Of a DNA stretch of 60,529 nucleotides, positions 1 through 8,533 are shown piece by piece. The translations under genes were made by a program, and so were the position numbers. The notes under the pieces are model-generated. The model saw nothing but the letters and a program-made list of their open reading frames with translations. It searched no databases and was not told the origin of the DNA. The stretch is from an uncultured virus (IMG/VR IMGVR_UViG_3300032282_004613) (Duplodnaviria; Heunggongvirae; Uroviricota; Caudoviricetes): IMG/VR virus record IMGVR_UViG_3300032282_004613; one strand, written 5' to 3'. How positions within the stretch are numbered: the first letter of the stretch is position 1; every line of letters starts with the position of its first letter.

Positions 1-220
1 CTGAAAGTTTATGTGGGTACGCAAATGGGTCCCACTCACCCCATATTTTACCATCTGGGGCTTCTGTTCCGGTTCTTTCATTTCTTAATCTATCTAATTC
101 GTCGTTTATTTCATTACATTCCTCTTCTGTTAATAGTTCCAGAACCGTGAATCCTCTGTATCTCCAATCAAAGGTTATTTGTTGAACTTCTAAGTCGGTA
201 AGATGTTTAAAATTACTCAT
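1..220 (-). CDS. Partial ORF (N-terminus only), probable phytanoyl-CoA dioxygenase (PhyH)-like 2OG-Fe(II) oxygenase
   Basis: Not in the ORF track. ATG at 220 reads MSNFKHLTDLEVQQITFDWRYRGFTVLELLTEEECNEINDELDRL... and is open to the window edge. The LT..(Q)..W...GF.VL.LL..EEC pattern is typical of PhyH N-termini. Confidence 0.5.
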   Translation of the reverse strand, partial: MSNFKHLTDLEVQQITFDWRYRGFTVLELLTEEECNEINDELDRLRNERTGTEAPDGKIWGEWDPFAYPHKLS

Positions 221-276
221 ATATATATGCTTTAATACCCTAAATTAAATAAAAAAATACTTATTGTAAAGAAGAT

Positions 277-642
277 ATGGGTATAATTCCGATTACCTGG
301 TATATTGAAACGCCAATAGATTTTGAACATAAACAATATACGTTATTATCCTACCTACAGCGTGTAGACGCTAGTTTTATTGAAAAGCAACTATCTCCAC
401 ACCTTTTACATATGGAAAACATGCTTAAAGAGTTATATGTGTTTGACGAAAAATTTCTATCAATATTAAAGGATTTTGACAGGAATAGATATAAATTCTT
501 TAATAACCCAAAATTAGAAGGTGAAGATAATGAATTAGTTTACGAGGTAAAGGATATCGTAGATTTCTCAATCCCCCAAGTAAAAACTAGGTTAAATCTA
601 GGTTATAAAATACTAGAAAGACATTCTCAGATTTTGTTCTAA
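277..642 (+). CDS. Hypothetical protein
   Basis: 121 aa ORF; IDFEHKQYTLLSYLQ resembles a conserved hypothetical family I associate with Bacteroidota. Confidence 0.6.
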   Translation: MGIIPITWYIETPIDFEHKQYTLLSYLQRVDASFIEKQLSPHLLHMENMLKELYVFDEKFLSILKDFDRNRYKFFNNPKLEGEDNELVYEVKDIVDFSIPQVKTRLNLGYKILERHSQILF

Positions 643-684
643 TAATTTTTCCGGCAATATATACGCTCTATTTGCCTTGCCCGA

Positions 685-691
685 TATTTAT
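685..691 (+). promoter_or_regulatory. Putative late promoter TATTTAT for the exported-protein cluster
   Basis: The same heptamer recurs just upstream of the terminase, portal, protease and scaffold genes. Confidence 0.55.
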
Positions 692-695
692 TTTA

Positions 696-731
696 TGGCA
701 AGAAGAAACTAAATGTATCTCTATCATTAAA
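696..731 (+). repeat. Copy 1 of a ~33-nt dispersed repeat (copy 2 at 18037-18068)
   Basis: aagaaactaaatgtatctcta is identical at 703-723 and 18041-18061; flanking tggcaagaa and cattaaa are also shared. Confidence 0.9.
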
Positions 732-780
732 ATGATGGGGCATAGGTTAGGTAAAACTTCTATATCTAAAACTTAATTTT

Positions 781-1425
781 ATGCAGAAAATCAAAGCAAT
801 TTCAAGGAATATCGGTGATTACATCGTTTACGCCTTCCTATCATTAGCAATACTATTTGTTGTATGTGCACTTATCGCCCAAATCTTTTTTATCTTTTTA
901 GAGTTTAGCGGTAGAAGTGAAACTGCGGCACAAATAGCAAGAGAGTTTAACTGGAAATTTGACGGAACCTTTAAAAATGATCCAAATAACATATTCTATA
1001 ATGCTGACGAACATGTGTATGTTGAGAGTGTTGTTAATAATGTTAAGATAGGCAAATTGGCCGGAAATAGAAATTTAGAGTTTGGGGTAAAAAACATATT
1101 AGAGGAGTTTTTACAAGACAAAGGGTATGACTTAACACCAAACGCTCCAAATAAATTAAAGGTAGAAATTATATACCTAGACGTCTTAACTACAAAAAAG
1201 AACGTGTCAGTATTTCATAAAAACGAAGAAGAAGTAGTCATAAGAATGAAAGGTATTTTATATAAGGACGGAAAAAAAGAAAAGGAAATCGTTGTTGAAG
1301 AAGGTTCCTCAGAAATCTCAATGTCAAGTTTAATTGTTGATGAAGGAGGTCAGTTTAATCAAACATCTCTAAGTAATGCAATAAAGAAAACTTGCGATAA
1401 ATTGATTCAAAAATTATTTAGTTAA
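781..1425 (+). CDS. Membrane-anchored exported protein, possibly CsgG/TolB-N-like alpha/beta fold
   Basis: N-terminal TM helix. The pattern GVKNILEEFLQ...beta strands...FNQTSLSNAIKKTC parallels FNQSTISIATKKAL in the CsgG-like ORF at 7774. Confidence 0.5.
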   Translation: MQKIKAISRNIGDYIVYAFLSLAILFVVCALIAQIFFIFLEFSGRSETAAQIAREFNWKFDGTFKNDPNNIFYNADEHVYVESVVNNVKIGKLAGNRNLEFGVKNILEEFLQDKGYDLTPNAPNKLKVEIIYLDVLTTKKNVSVFHKNEEEVVIRMKGILYKDGKKEKEIVVEEGSSEISMSSLIVDEGGQFNQTSLSNAIKKTCDKLIQKLFS

Positions 1426-1427
1426 AA

Positions 1428-3086
1428 ATGAAAAAATTATTACTGTTATGCGGTTTATTTTTATTGTGGGTATCGGGCTACTCGCAATTAAGTGTTAATC
1501 AAAGTATTGTTCAACAACCACCATATAAAGTGGGTGACACAATATCTGTAAACTACACTTTAAGTAGAGGTACAACAAATCCAAAACCTCGTTATTTTTG
1601 GTTAAGATATCAATATAACAACAAAGCGTTGGAATATGTGTCAACCACATGGTCTCAAGGATCACAAACTCAGGTGTATTACACAAACTGGAGCAATTAT
1701 GTTTTTAATGCTAATGCCGGTGTTGCTGCAACTGATTTGTATGGTCAATATATGTTAACCCCTTGGGCTTATGTTACAAACGTAGATTGGAGTGTTGGTC
1801 AATTATCAATACAAAGAGTTGATAAATCTATGGACGGTTTATTTGCAACACAAAAGTACATAATTAAAGACAAGAGTGGTTATGATAATATTCATAAATT
1901 AGATTTATCATATGCTTTAGATAGTACTGCTGGTGCAAATATTTCACCACTAACAACAACTGGTGGATCTGTAGGATTAACCCAGGTTGTAGGTAACACA
2001 TCACAATTTAAGGTTAGAGTGTTATATCCAACAAACTACACTAACATTGCTGACCATAGCGTTCAATTAATGCCATTAAAAACCGATGGTAGTGGTGATA
2101 TTGATTGGACAAAACAACCTATTGCAACAAAAGCATTAGACGCCACTGGTGAAGCAACATTTATTAGCGGGATTAAAGTTGGTGATAGTTTAGGTATATT
2201 CATTGCACCTGCAATGCAGAAGTCATTCATGAATAACATTGTTACAGTTTCAGATGCATATAAAGCATTTTTAGGTGTTTCTCAAACAGACATTAATGGT
2301 AATGCAAATTATTTTACATATCCTAATTTAGAAAAACATGTGGGTAATGTGACTTTAGGCGATACAACATTTAATGAAAATGACGCTTATTTCTTGTTCT
2401 CATATGTTATGGGTATTAATGTATCTTCAAATACAGGTATACCAACATCGTCAGCACAAAGCATAAAATGGCAATCTGGTTTATTAAATCAAAGTTGGTT
2501 AGATGGTAAACCAAAATATAGGACATATATAACATCTTCAAATCAAGCAGTAGATGCTGTTTATGCTTGGGGTGGTGATATGGATTGGTCGCATTCAACT
2601 AGTCCTTCACAAATTGCTTCAAAAATTGCTAGTGGAAATTATAATAATTCTGTGAATCCAGGTTCTAGTGATATTAAGATTGGAACAATGTCTTCATTGG
2701 GTTATCAAGCAGCAGCATTAGAAACTGTTAATTTAAATGTCACATCAACATTGCAAAATGGTAAAGTGGTTCTAACAACAACCTTATCAAAAGAAGGACT
2801 GGCTGGTTTACAAGTTATAATGAATTATGACACAAATAAATTGTCTTTAGATAATGTAATATTTGATGCTGGGAGTACAATTACAAACTTCTCAACACAT
2901 GATAACGGTAGATTAACATTCGGATCAATAGATCAATTAAAAGTTGCTAGAATTAAAACTGGTACACCTTATAAATTAATATTTACACCAAAAGTACCAT
3001 TAACAAATACTTCGGGTTTATTCTTCTTTGTATTAGCAGATGCTGTTGATGCTGGGGGTAATAAAGTCAACCTAGTTGTTGAATAA
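1428..3086 (+). CDS. Secreted protein with dockerin-like segment and C-terminal cohesin-like domain
   Basis: Sec signal peptide; IVTVSDAYKAF / GNVTLGDTTFNENDAYFLFSYVMG (dockerin-like); GLQVIMNYDTNKLSL...YKLIFTP...DAVDAGG (cohesin-like). Confidence 0.6.
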   Translation: MKKLLLLCGLFLLWVSGYSQLSVNQSIVQQPPYKVGDTISVNYTLSRGTTNPKPRYFWLRYQYNNKALEYVSTTWSQGSQTQVYYTNWSNYVFNANAGVAATDLYGQYMLTPWAYVTNVDWSVGQLSIQRVDKSMDGLFATQKYIIKDKSGYDNIHKLDLSYALDSTAGANISPLTTTGGSVGLTQVVGNTSQFKVRVLYPTNYTNIADHSVQLMPLKTDGSGDIDWTKQPIATKALDATGEATFISGIKVGDSLGIFIAPAMQKSFMNNIVTVSDAYKAFLGVSQTDINGNANYFTYPNLEKHVGNVTLGDTTFNENDAYFLFSYVMGINVSSNTGIPTSSAQSIKWQSGLLNQSWLDGKPKYRTYITSSNQAVDAVYAWGGDMDWSHSTSPSQIASKIASGNYNNSVNPGSSDIKIGTMSSLGYQAAALETVNLNVTSTLQNGKVVLTTTLSKEGLAGLQVIMNYDTNKLSLDNVIFDAGSTITNFSTHDNGRLTFGSIDQLKVARIKTGTPYKLIFTPKVPLTNTSGLFFFVLADAVDAGGNKVNLVVE

Positions 3087-5686
3087 TGAGAAAAATTTTA
3101 TTAATATTTTTACTGGTTTGCTCGTTCATATCGAACGGGCAAACTGTTTATTCACCTGACCCTAAATCGTTTATAATAAACACTACTAGTCAAGATGCTA
3201 GTGGTTTTGAATTAACTGGATTTAGTGCAACATCGACTTTACTTACTTCAATAAGTTTAGTTAATCCTCCATCTGGTACAACATTTTATCTTAACGATAC
3301 AAGGGGGTTAATTGCAGCAAGTGGATTTACTTTAAGTGGTAATAAAACTCGTTTGGTGGTGACTGGTACAATGGCTAGCATTAATACTGCATTAGCGTCT
3401 TTAAAAATAAACACGGGTTCGGTAAAGGGTGATGTTAATATTTCTGTGGCCGCTACTGTTAATCAAGCAGGGTATTATTACAATGGTGTGAATGGGCATT
3501 TTTATAAACCAGTTGCAACAGGTGTATATTATACTGCAGCGAGGGCTGCGGCATTAGCAACAACATTCAAGGGACAGCAAGGGTATTTGGTGACTATTAC
3601 TTCTGCGGATGAAGATGCGTTTATTTATAATAATGTTCCACAAAGTAATATTTGGTTCGCGTTGACCGATGAGGTAACAGAAGCACAATGGAAAATTGAC
3701 GCTGGTCCTGAAAAGGGGACTTTAATTAAAACATCAAACGGACAAACCGCAGGAAACATACAAGGACAGTATAATAACTGGGCGGGTGGTGAGCCAAACA
3801 ATAGTGGTAATGAAGATTATGCTGTAACTAAATGGGGTGGTGGTACTCAATGGAACGATCTACCAAACACTTTTAATTGTGCGTATGTAATTGAATACGG
3901 AACTTGGTCTAATCCTGATGACGCAACATTTACTGAATTTTATACTAATAGCGTGACCCATTCAAATGGGGAAACCATAAAAGCACTATTTGGGTTTAAG
4001 TTCAATAATTCAATAGATAAAACCAAATTTACCGCACAAGTATTCAAAAGAAATGATTCATATTCAACTTGGGCTGCTGCGGATGGTTACAAATCATTAA
4101 GTGGGTTAGGTAAGGTATATCTTTCAAATCAAATAGACACCGCAAAAATATTCTCAACAGGTATCCCTTTAAGTGGTGTAAGCGATATGACTCAATTTTC
4201 TAACGCTGATATTGGTAAGGTTTATAGAATGACCATAACAGGGACACAAGGTGGCGGATGGGGAACTGATATCTACACAAATGATTCTTATATTCCAGCA
4301 ATGGCGGTACATGCTGGTATTGTGACAATTGGTCAAACAAAAGAAGTTTATATTAAAATAGTTGAAGGGCAAAATAGTTATCCAGGATCTACTCGTAACG
4401 GTATAACAACTTCTGAATGGGGTGGCTGGGGATTAAGTTATCAATTTGTTTCGGCGCCAACGTCATATAAAGCAACAATTTCACCCGGAGGGGCTGAATG
4501 GGCGTACGTAAACCCAAACGCAAGTTGGTTGAGTGGTAATAGTAGATTGTTAATTGACATGAGACAAGTAGGATCGTTAGACCCAACAAAAATATCAAAT
4601 GTAAAAATATTAGATGCTTATGATGGCCCTGTTACATTTATTTCAAACGATGGAACTTGGGCACAATATAATGTTCCGTCACCATTAACAAAAGTAACCG
4701 ACGGGACTTCAGCATATAACCAATATATTAGAAATGTAAATGGTTGGAATACTGATTATGCATTTCAATGCGGTGTTGGGTTTACTCAGCAAGGAGCATT
4801 CAAACAACATAGAATGGAATTACAAGAATATAACTCAACTGAGTTAAAAACATTATATAACAGTATTGTAACAGTAACAGATGTTTATTTAGCGTTTAAA
4901 GAACTTGTAAACGGAGGTTTATTTGGAAACCAAACTGGTAATGAATTTACGTATGGTATTCAATATAAAAATGCGGATGTTGACGATAACGGAGTATTTA
5001 ATGAGGCCGATTGTTTTGCATTATTACAAAACTTAACTGGTGTAAAAGATTTAGTACCATTATATACTTTAGATAATACGATTCGTTTAATTCCTGATTC
5101 AATTTATAATTCGATCGGCAAATCAAATTGGAACACTTTTCAAACTTTTGCCGGAAAATCATACGGATTTAGTTTATTAGACAACGTTATAAGTTATAAC
5201 TACGATTTGGCAGTTAGTTGGAAAGGTGACGTAAATCTATCACATTCAGCAATACCACCTTCAAATGGTATTACAACAATGTCTACCATTTCATCTAGAA
5301 CAATGAGTATTAGTAATGAAATTAATTCATCTATTTTGACCGAGATAGTTGATGGGGCGGTATATGCTTACATTACATTAGATCCTTTACAACAAAATGT
5401 TGTTGGTACGCAATTTAAATTGGACTATGATAATTCGGTTTTAAAATTTGAAAAAGTAGAATTTAAAACAAAAGGCAACCCTATGAACTACGGTTCTAAT
5501 AATGGTTCATATATTAATATTGGATCTTTAGTGACTGATGGTAGTACTACTTTAGATAACACCACAACATATAAAATTACATTTACACCAATAAAAAAGA
5601 TTGACAATGTTTTGGGTTTAATTTCAATATCTAATACTGACGCAGTAAATAAAAATGGGACTCAATTAACTATTAAAATATTATAA
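3086..5686 (+). CDS. Secreted multidomain adhesin-like protein: C-type lectin, LCCL, dockerin-like and cohesin-like domains
   Basis: Signal peptide; GYLVTITSADED..W.ALTD...W..GEPNN..ED...WND (C-type lectin); GTDIYTNDS.I..MAVHAG...SY.GSTRNGI.T (LCCL); ADVDDNGVFNEAD (dockerin Ca loop); GTQFKLDYDNSVLKF (cohesin). Confidence 0.75.
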   Translation: MRKILLIFLLVCSFISNGQTVYSPDPKSFIINTTSQDASGFELTGFSATSTLLTSISLVNPPSGTTFYLNDTRGLIAASGFTLSGNKTRLVVTGTMASINTALASLKINTGSVKGDVNISVAATVNQAGYYYNGVNGHFYKPVATGVYYTAARAAALATTFKGQQGYLVTITSADEDAFIYNNVPQSNIWFALTDEVTEAQWKIDAGPEKGTLIKTSNGQTAGNIQGQYNNWAGGEPNNSGNEDYAVTKWGGGTQWNDLPNTFNCAYVIEYGTWSNPDDATFTEFYTNSVTHSNGETIKALFGFKFNNSIDKTKFTAQVFKRNDSYSTWAAADGYKSLSGLGKVYLSNQIDTAKIFSTGIPLSGVSDMTQFSNADIGKVYRMTITGTQGGGWGTDIYTNDSYIPAMAVHAGIVTIGQTKEVYIKIVEGQNSYPGSTRNGITTSEWGGWGLSYQFVSAPTSYKATISPGGAEWAYVNPNASWLSGNSRLLIDMRQVGSLDPTKISNVKILDAYDGPVTFISNDGTWAQYNVPSPLTKVTDGTSAYNQYIRNVNGWNTDYAFQCGVGFTQQGAFKQHRMELQEYNSTELKTLYNSIVTVTDVYLAFKELVNGGLFGNQTGNEFTYGIQYKNADVDDNGVFNEADCFALLQNLTGVKDLVPLYTLDNTIRLIPDSIYNSIGKSNWNTFQTFAGKSYGFSLLDNVISYNYDLAVSWKGDVNLSHSAIPPSNGITTMSTISSRTMSISNEINSSILTEIVDGAVYAYITLDPLQQNVVGTQFKLDYDNSVLKFEKVEFKTKGNPMNYGSNNGSYINIGSLVTDGSTTLDNTTTYKITFTPIKKIDNVLGLISISNTDAVNKNGTQLTIKIL

Positions 5687-6033
5687 TGAAAAAGATTATT
5701 GTTTTGTTACTTATACTTTTTGTGTCTTGTAAAAAGACGGCAGTTTATCCAATAGAAGAACCACAAAACATAGTTAACTTTTTTGATAACGAACAAAACA
5801 CTGTAACTGATGGTTCACAAGTCACGTTTGACCTAAAAAACGCCGGTACTTACACCATGACTATGTTGGATTCCACTAGGAACCAGGTAGTTACTAGAGA
5901 AAAAATATCCGGCAAAATTGGGGCAAATGCCTTGAAGATTTACACCAAATCCTTGAATTCAAAGTATTTATATTTATTACTGAAGGATAGTGTTGGTAAC
6001 CAAATAGGTAAAACGCTATTAATTATAAAATAA
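5686..6033 (+). CDS. Small lipoprotein, Ig-like/T9SS-CTD-like
   Basis: Lipobox LFVSC; paralogous to the next ORF (N.LK.YT..L.S..Y...L.DS.GN..G.T). Confidence 0.6.
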   Translation: MKKIIVLLLILFVSCKKTAVYPIEEPQNIVNFFDNEQNTVTDGSQVTFDLKNAGTYTMTMLDSTRNQVVTREKISGKIGANALKIYTKSLNSKYLYLLLKDSVGNQIGKTLLIIK

Positions 6034-6040
6034 AAGAAAA

Positions 6041-6412
6041 ATGAAAAAAGTATTTTTAACATTATTTGGCACAATTGCCCTGTTTAGTTGTACTAAGCAT
6101 GATTTATCACCAATTCCTCCAGTTGCGGTTAATAGTGACTTGGTGATAGCAAAATCCGTAGGTATCAAATTGGAGACGCCATTTGTTACCTCTGAAGTTT
6201 CTATGAACGTAAAAACAGAAACATCACAAACGGTGACAATAAAAATAATTGACATTAGTAATAGAGTAGTGTCAAAAGAAACAGTATATGTTAATTCTGG
6301 TGATAATATACTTAAGGTATATACAACAGCATTACCATCTTCAGCATATAGAATTGCATTATTTGATTCTGCAGGAAATATGTTGGGGATCACAGATTTT
6401 AATAAAATATAA
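6041..6412 (+). CDS. Small lipoprotein resembling a T9SS type A sorting (CTD) domain
   Basis: Lipobox LFSC; VTIKIIDISNRVV...SGDN......ALPSSAYRIAL resembles the CTD consensus (I.I.D..G..V ... L..G.Y.V). Confidence 0.6.
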   Translation: MKKVFLTLFGTIALFSCTKHDLSPIPPVAVNSDLVIAKSVGIKLETPFVTSEVSMNVKTETSQTVTIKIIDISNRVVSKETVYVNSGDNILKVYTTALPSSAYRIALFDSAGNMLGITDFNKI

Positions 6413-6432
6413 AAAAACATAAAACAAAAACT

Positions 6433-6744
6433 ATGTCAGAAGAAGAACAAAACGACGGAACCTGGTCAGGTTTAAAAAAGACCATTGTTGGTGTAATTGG
6501 TACAGTAGTAACTGCTGGTGGAGTATTTTTAACTACTCTTTTTGGTGGCGGAGATAAAGAAGCAACCCCAGCGGCTGCAGCCCCAGTAATCAATATTACA
6601 AACTCAAACGCACAACAACAAGCGGCAGGAGGTAATAAAACTATAATCATCAATAAAGGCGGTGACGGTAAACCTGCAGAGCAACCAAAACCAAAACCTA
6701 AGAAAGAAGGTGATGAATTTAAAGAAGAAGCCCCAAAATGGTAA
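6433..6744 (+). CDS. Small single-pass membrane protein
   Basis: Hydrophobic IVGVIGTVVTAGGVFLTTLF followed by a low-complexity tail. Confidence 0.7.
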   Translation: MSEEEQNDGTWSGLKKTIVGVIGTVVTAGGVFLTTLFGGGDKEATPAAAAPVINITNSNAQQQAAGGNKTIIINKGGDGKPAEQPKPKPKKEGDEFKEEAPKW

Positions 6745-6747
6745 AAA

Positions 6748-6849
6748 ATGGATTGGTATAAAATAGGTGTAACATCTTTCTTTATACTTTTCTTTATATG
6801 GGCAATTAAACACGCGGAAAAACAAAGTAAACAAAATGGCAGAAAGTAA
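6748..6849 (+). CDS. Unannotated 33-aa membrane peptide
   Basis: MDWYKIGVTSFFILFFIWAIKHAEKQSKQNGRK*; fills the gap between two genes and has an aaaaATG start context. Confidence 0.55.
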   Translation: MDWYKIGVTSFFILFFIWAIKHAEKQSKQNGRK

Positions 6850-7426
6850 TCAAGCACCAGATGGTTTTAAACAACTCTTAAACTCAATGATGAAACGCAG
6901 ATGGTTAATATCTGCAATGGTATTAGGTGGGTTTATGATGATAATTGCGGGAATGTTCACAGCAATTGGGTTAAAAACACCAATGGCGGCAGAATGGAAA
7001 GAATTGTTATTATTGTTATTAGGTGCATTTATTGGTAGTTATGGTAAAATCATAGATTACTGGTTTAGTGACACAGATAAGGATAAGATGTTGGTTCAAA
7101 AGATGGATGAGGAAGATGGTGTATCATTGGGCAGTGTAAATGACATAAAAGAAAGTAACAAACCGTTTACTCCAATTATTCCAGATGCGTTTGTTCAAGG
7201 TGCACAAGCCGCTAGAGAATTGGCTGTTACTGAAAATAAACAAAATTTTGAACTGGAGAAGGATGAACAAGAGCATCGCCAAGAAATGGAAAAATTAGAG
7301 TTTTTACATCACGAACATAGACAATGTGAACACGTGTGGGGAGATTCTGATAACGATGGTGAAGAAGAATGTCAAAAATGTGGTAAGATAAAGGATTCAC
7401 ATCCTGATGACCATATTGAAGGATAA
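6836..7426 (+). CDS. Two-TM membrane protein with C-terminal Cys/His zinc-ribbon-like motif
   Basis: Two hydrophobic helices; C-terminal CEHVW...CQKCG. Confidence 0.7.
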   Translation: MAESNQAPDGFKQLLNSMMKRRWLISAMVLGGFMMIIAGMFTAIGLKTPMAAEWKELLLLLLGAFIGSYGKIIDYWFSDTDKDKMLVQKMDEEDGVSLGSVNDIKESNKPFTPIIPDAFVQGAQAARELAVTENKQNFELEKDEQEHRQEMEKLEFLHHEHRQCEHVWGDSDNDGEEECQKCGKIKDSHPDDHIEG

Positions 7427-7456
7427 AAAACAATAAACTAAACTAAAACGAAAAAC

Positions 7457-7717
7457 ATGGGATTTATTAAAGATTTATTTAACGACAATAACACAATTAA
7501 CGAAAAATCGGTAGTTGGGTTCCTATCATTTGGAATGATGGTTATAGCCCTATTTGTTGACCTTATCACTGGTTGGATGGGTAAACCTCTAATCATTAAT
7601 GAGTTCATTTTTGATGGGTTTCTGGTTATCACACTAGGTGCTTTTGGTATCGCATCGGTAGATAAGTGGATAAATAATAAGGGGAAGAAAACGGAGGAAG
7701 AAACAACTGAAGGATAA
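7457..7717 (+). CDS. Small two-TM membrane protein (holin-like)
   Basis: 86 aa, two TM segments, charged C-terminus. Confidence 0.5.
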   Translation: MGFIKDLFNDNNTINEKSVVGFLSFGMMVIALFVDLITGWMGKPLIINEFIFDGFLVITLGAFGIASVDKWINNKGKKTEEETTEG

Positions 7718-7719
7718 TT

Positions 7720-7746
7720 AAAAAGGGAGTTTAACTCCCTTTTTTT
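7720..7746 (+). terminator. Intrinsic terminator
   Basis: aaaagggagt-tta-actccctttt followed by a T-tract. Confidence 0.8.
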
Positions 7747-7773
7747 ATATTTATATAATATCAATAGAATTAT

Positions 7774-8496
7774 ATGAAAAAAACATTAACATTACTAACT
7801 ACTTGTTTACTAACTAGCATTATTGTTAGTTCTCAAACAATCGGATCAACAAAAACCGAACAATATAAGGCATCATTTGAAACAGCAATAGACATATCAC
7901 AATTTATGGACTATGATGGACCACAAATACCTATACAAATATTGAAATGTGGTATTTCAGACGAGATGTACGAAATGTATCCAGAATTAAAAGAAAAAAG
8001 AGTCGGTCTAGGGGTTGCAAATATTTCTATGGAATATCTTGAAAATCTTAACCGTTTTAAATTTACGGAAGATAAAACCGAAATTAAAAATAGAATGGTT
8101 AAACAATTCCAGGCATCTCAGGCGGGTATTTCAGAAAATAAATTAGATGGTAGGGGTAAAATTAATTTAGCAAAATATTTCGTAACAATAGAATGTTACG
8201 ATTATTCTGTATCTGAAGATGAAACAGTAAACCTAAAAGATGGGGTTAAAAATTTAATGGTAACTAGAATAGGTTTGCAGGTTAGATTTACTGATGCGGA
8301 AACCGGAGTAGTATTCGGGGCATCAGGTTTAGGTGAAGCAAAAACAGTTAGAGAGTTAACATTACTTTCTGATGCTACGGTTGATCCTGTTAAATTTAAT
8401 CAATCAACAATATCTATAGCAACTAAAAAAGCGTTAGATATTGCATGTGCAAGAATACTTGATAGGATGATTAAAAAAGGGATCTATACAAAATAA
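7774..8496 (+). CDS. CsgG/HfaB-family (curli assembly channel-like) exported protein
   Basis: Signal peptide; GLGVANI..EYL.N.NRF.F.E...G.INLAKYFV...Y...IGLQVRFTDAETG.V..ASGLGEA pattern typical of the CsgG family. Confidence 0.7.
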   Translation: MKKTLTLLTTCLLTSIIVSSQTIGSTKTEQYKASFETAIDISQFMDYDGPQIPIQILKCGISDEMYEMYPELKEKRVGLGVANISMEYLENLNRFKFTEDKTEIKNRMVKQFQASQAGISENKLDGRGKINLAKYFVTIECYDYSVSEDETVNLKDGVKNLMVTRIGLQVRFTDAETGVVFGASGLGEAKTVRELTLLSDATVDPVKFNQSTISIATKKALDIACARILDRMIKKGIYTK

Positions 8497-8533
8497 CCGG
8501 TTATTTATTAACCACAATTTTAATTAAAACAAC

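Noticed and set aside
6019..7764. Antisense ORFs over the membrane-protein genes; likewise 9737-10144, 34665-35195 and 53141-53584
   Set aside because: They overlap better-supported genes and are explained by low-complexity or codon-biased sequence.
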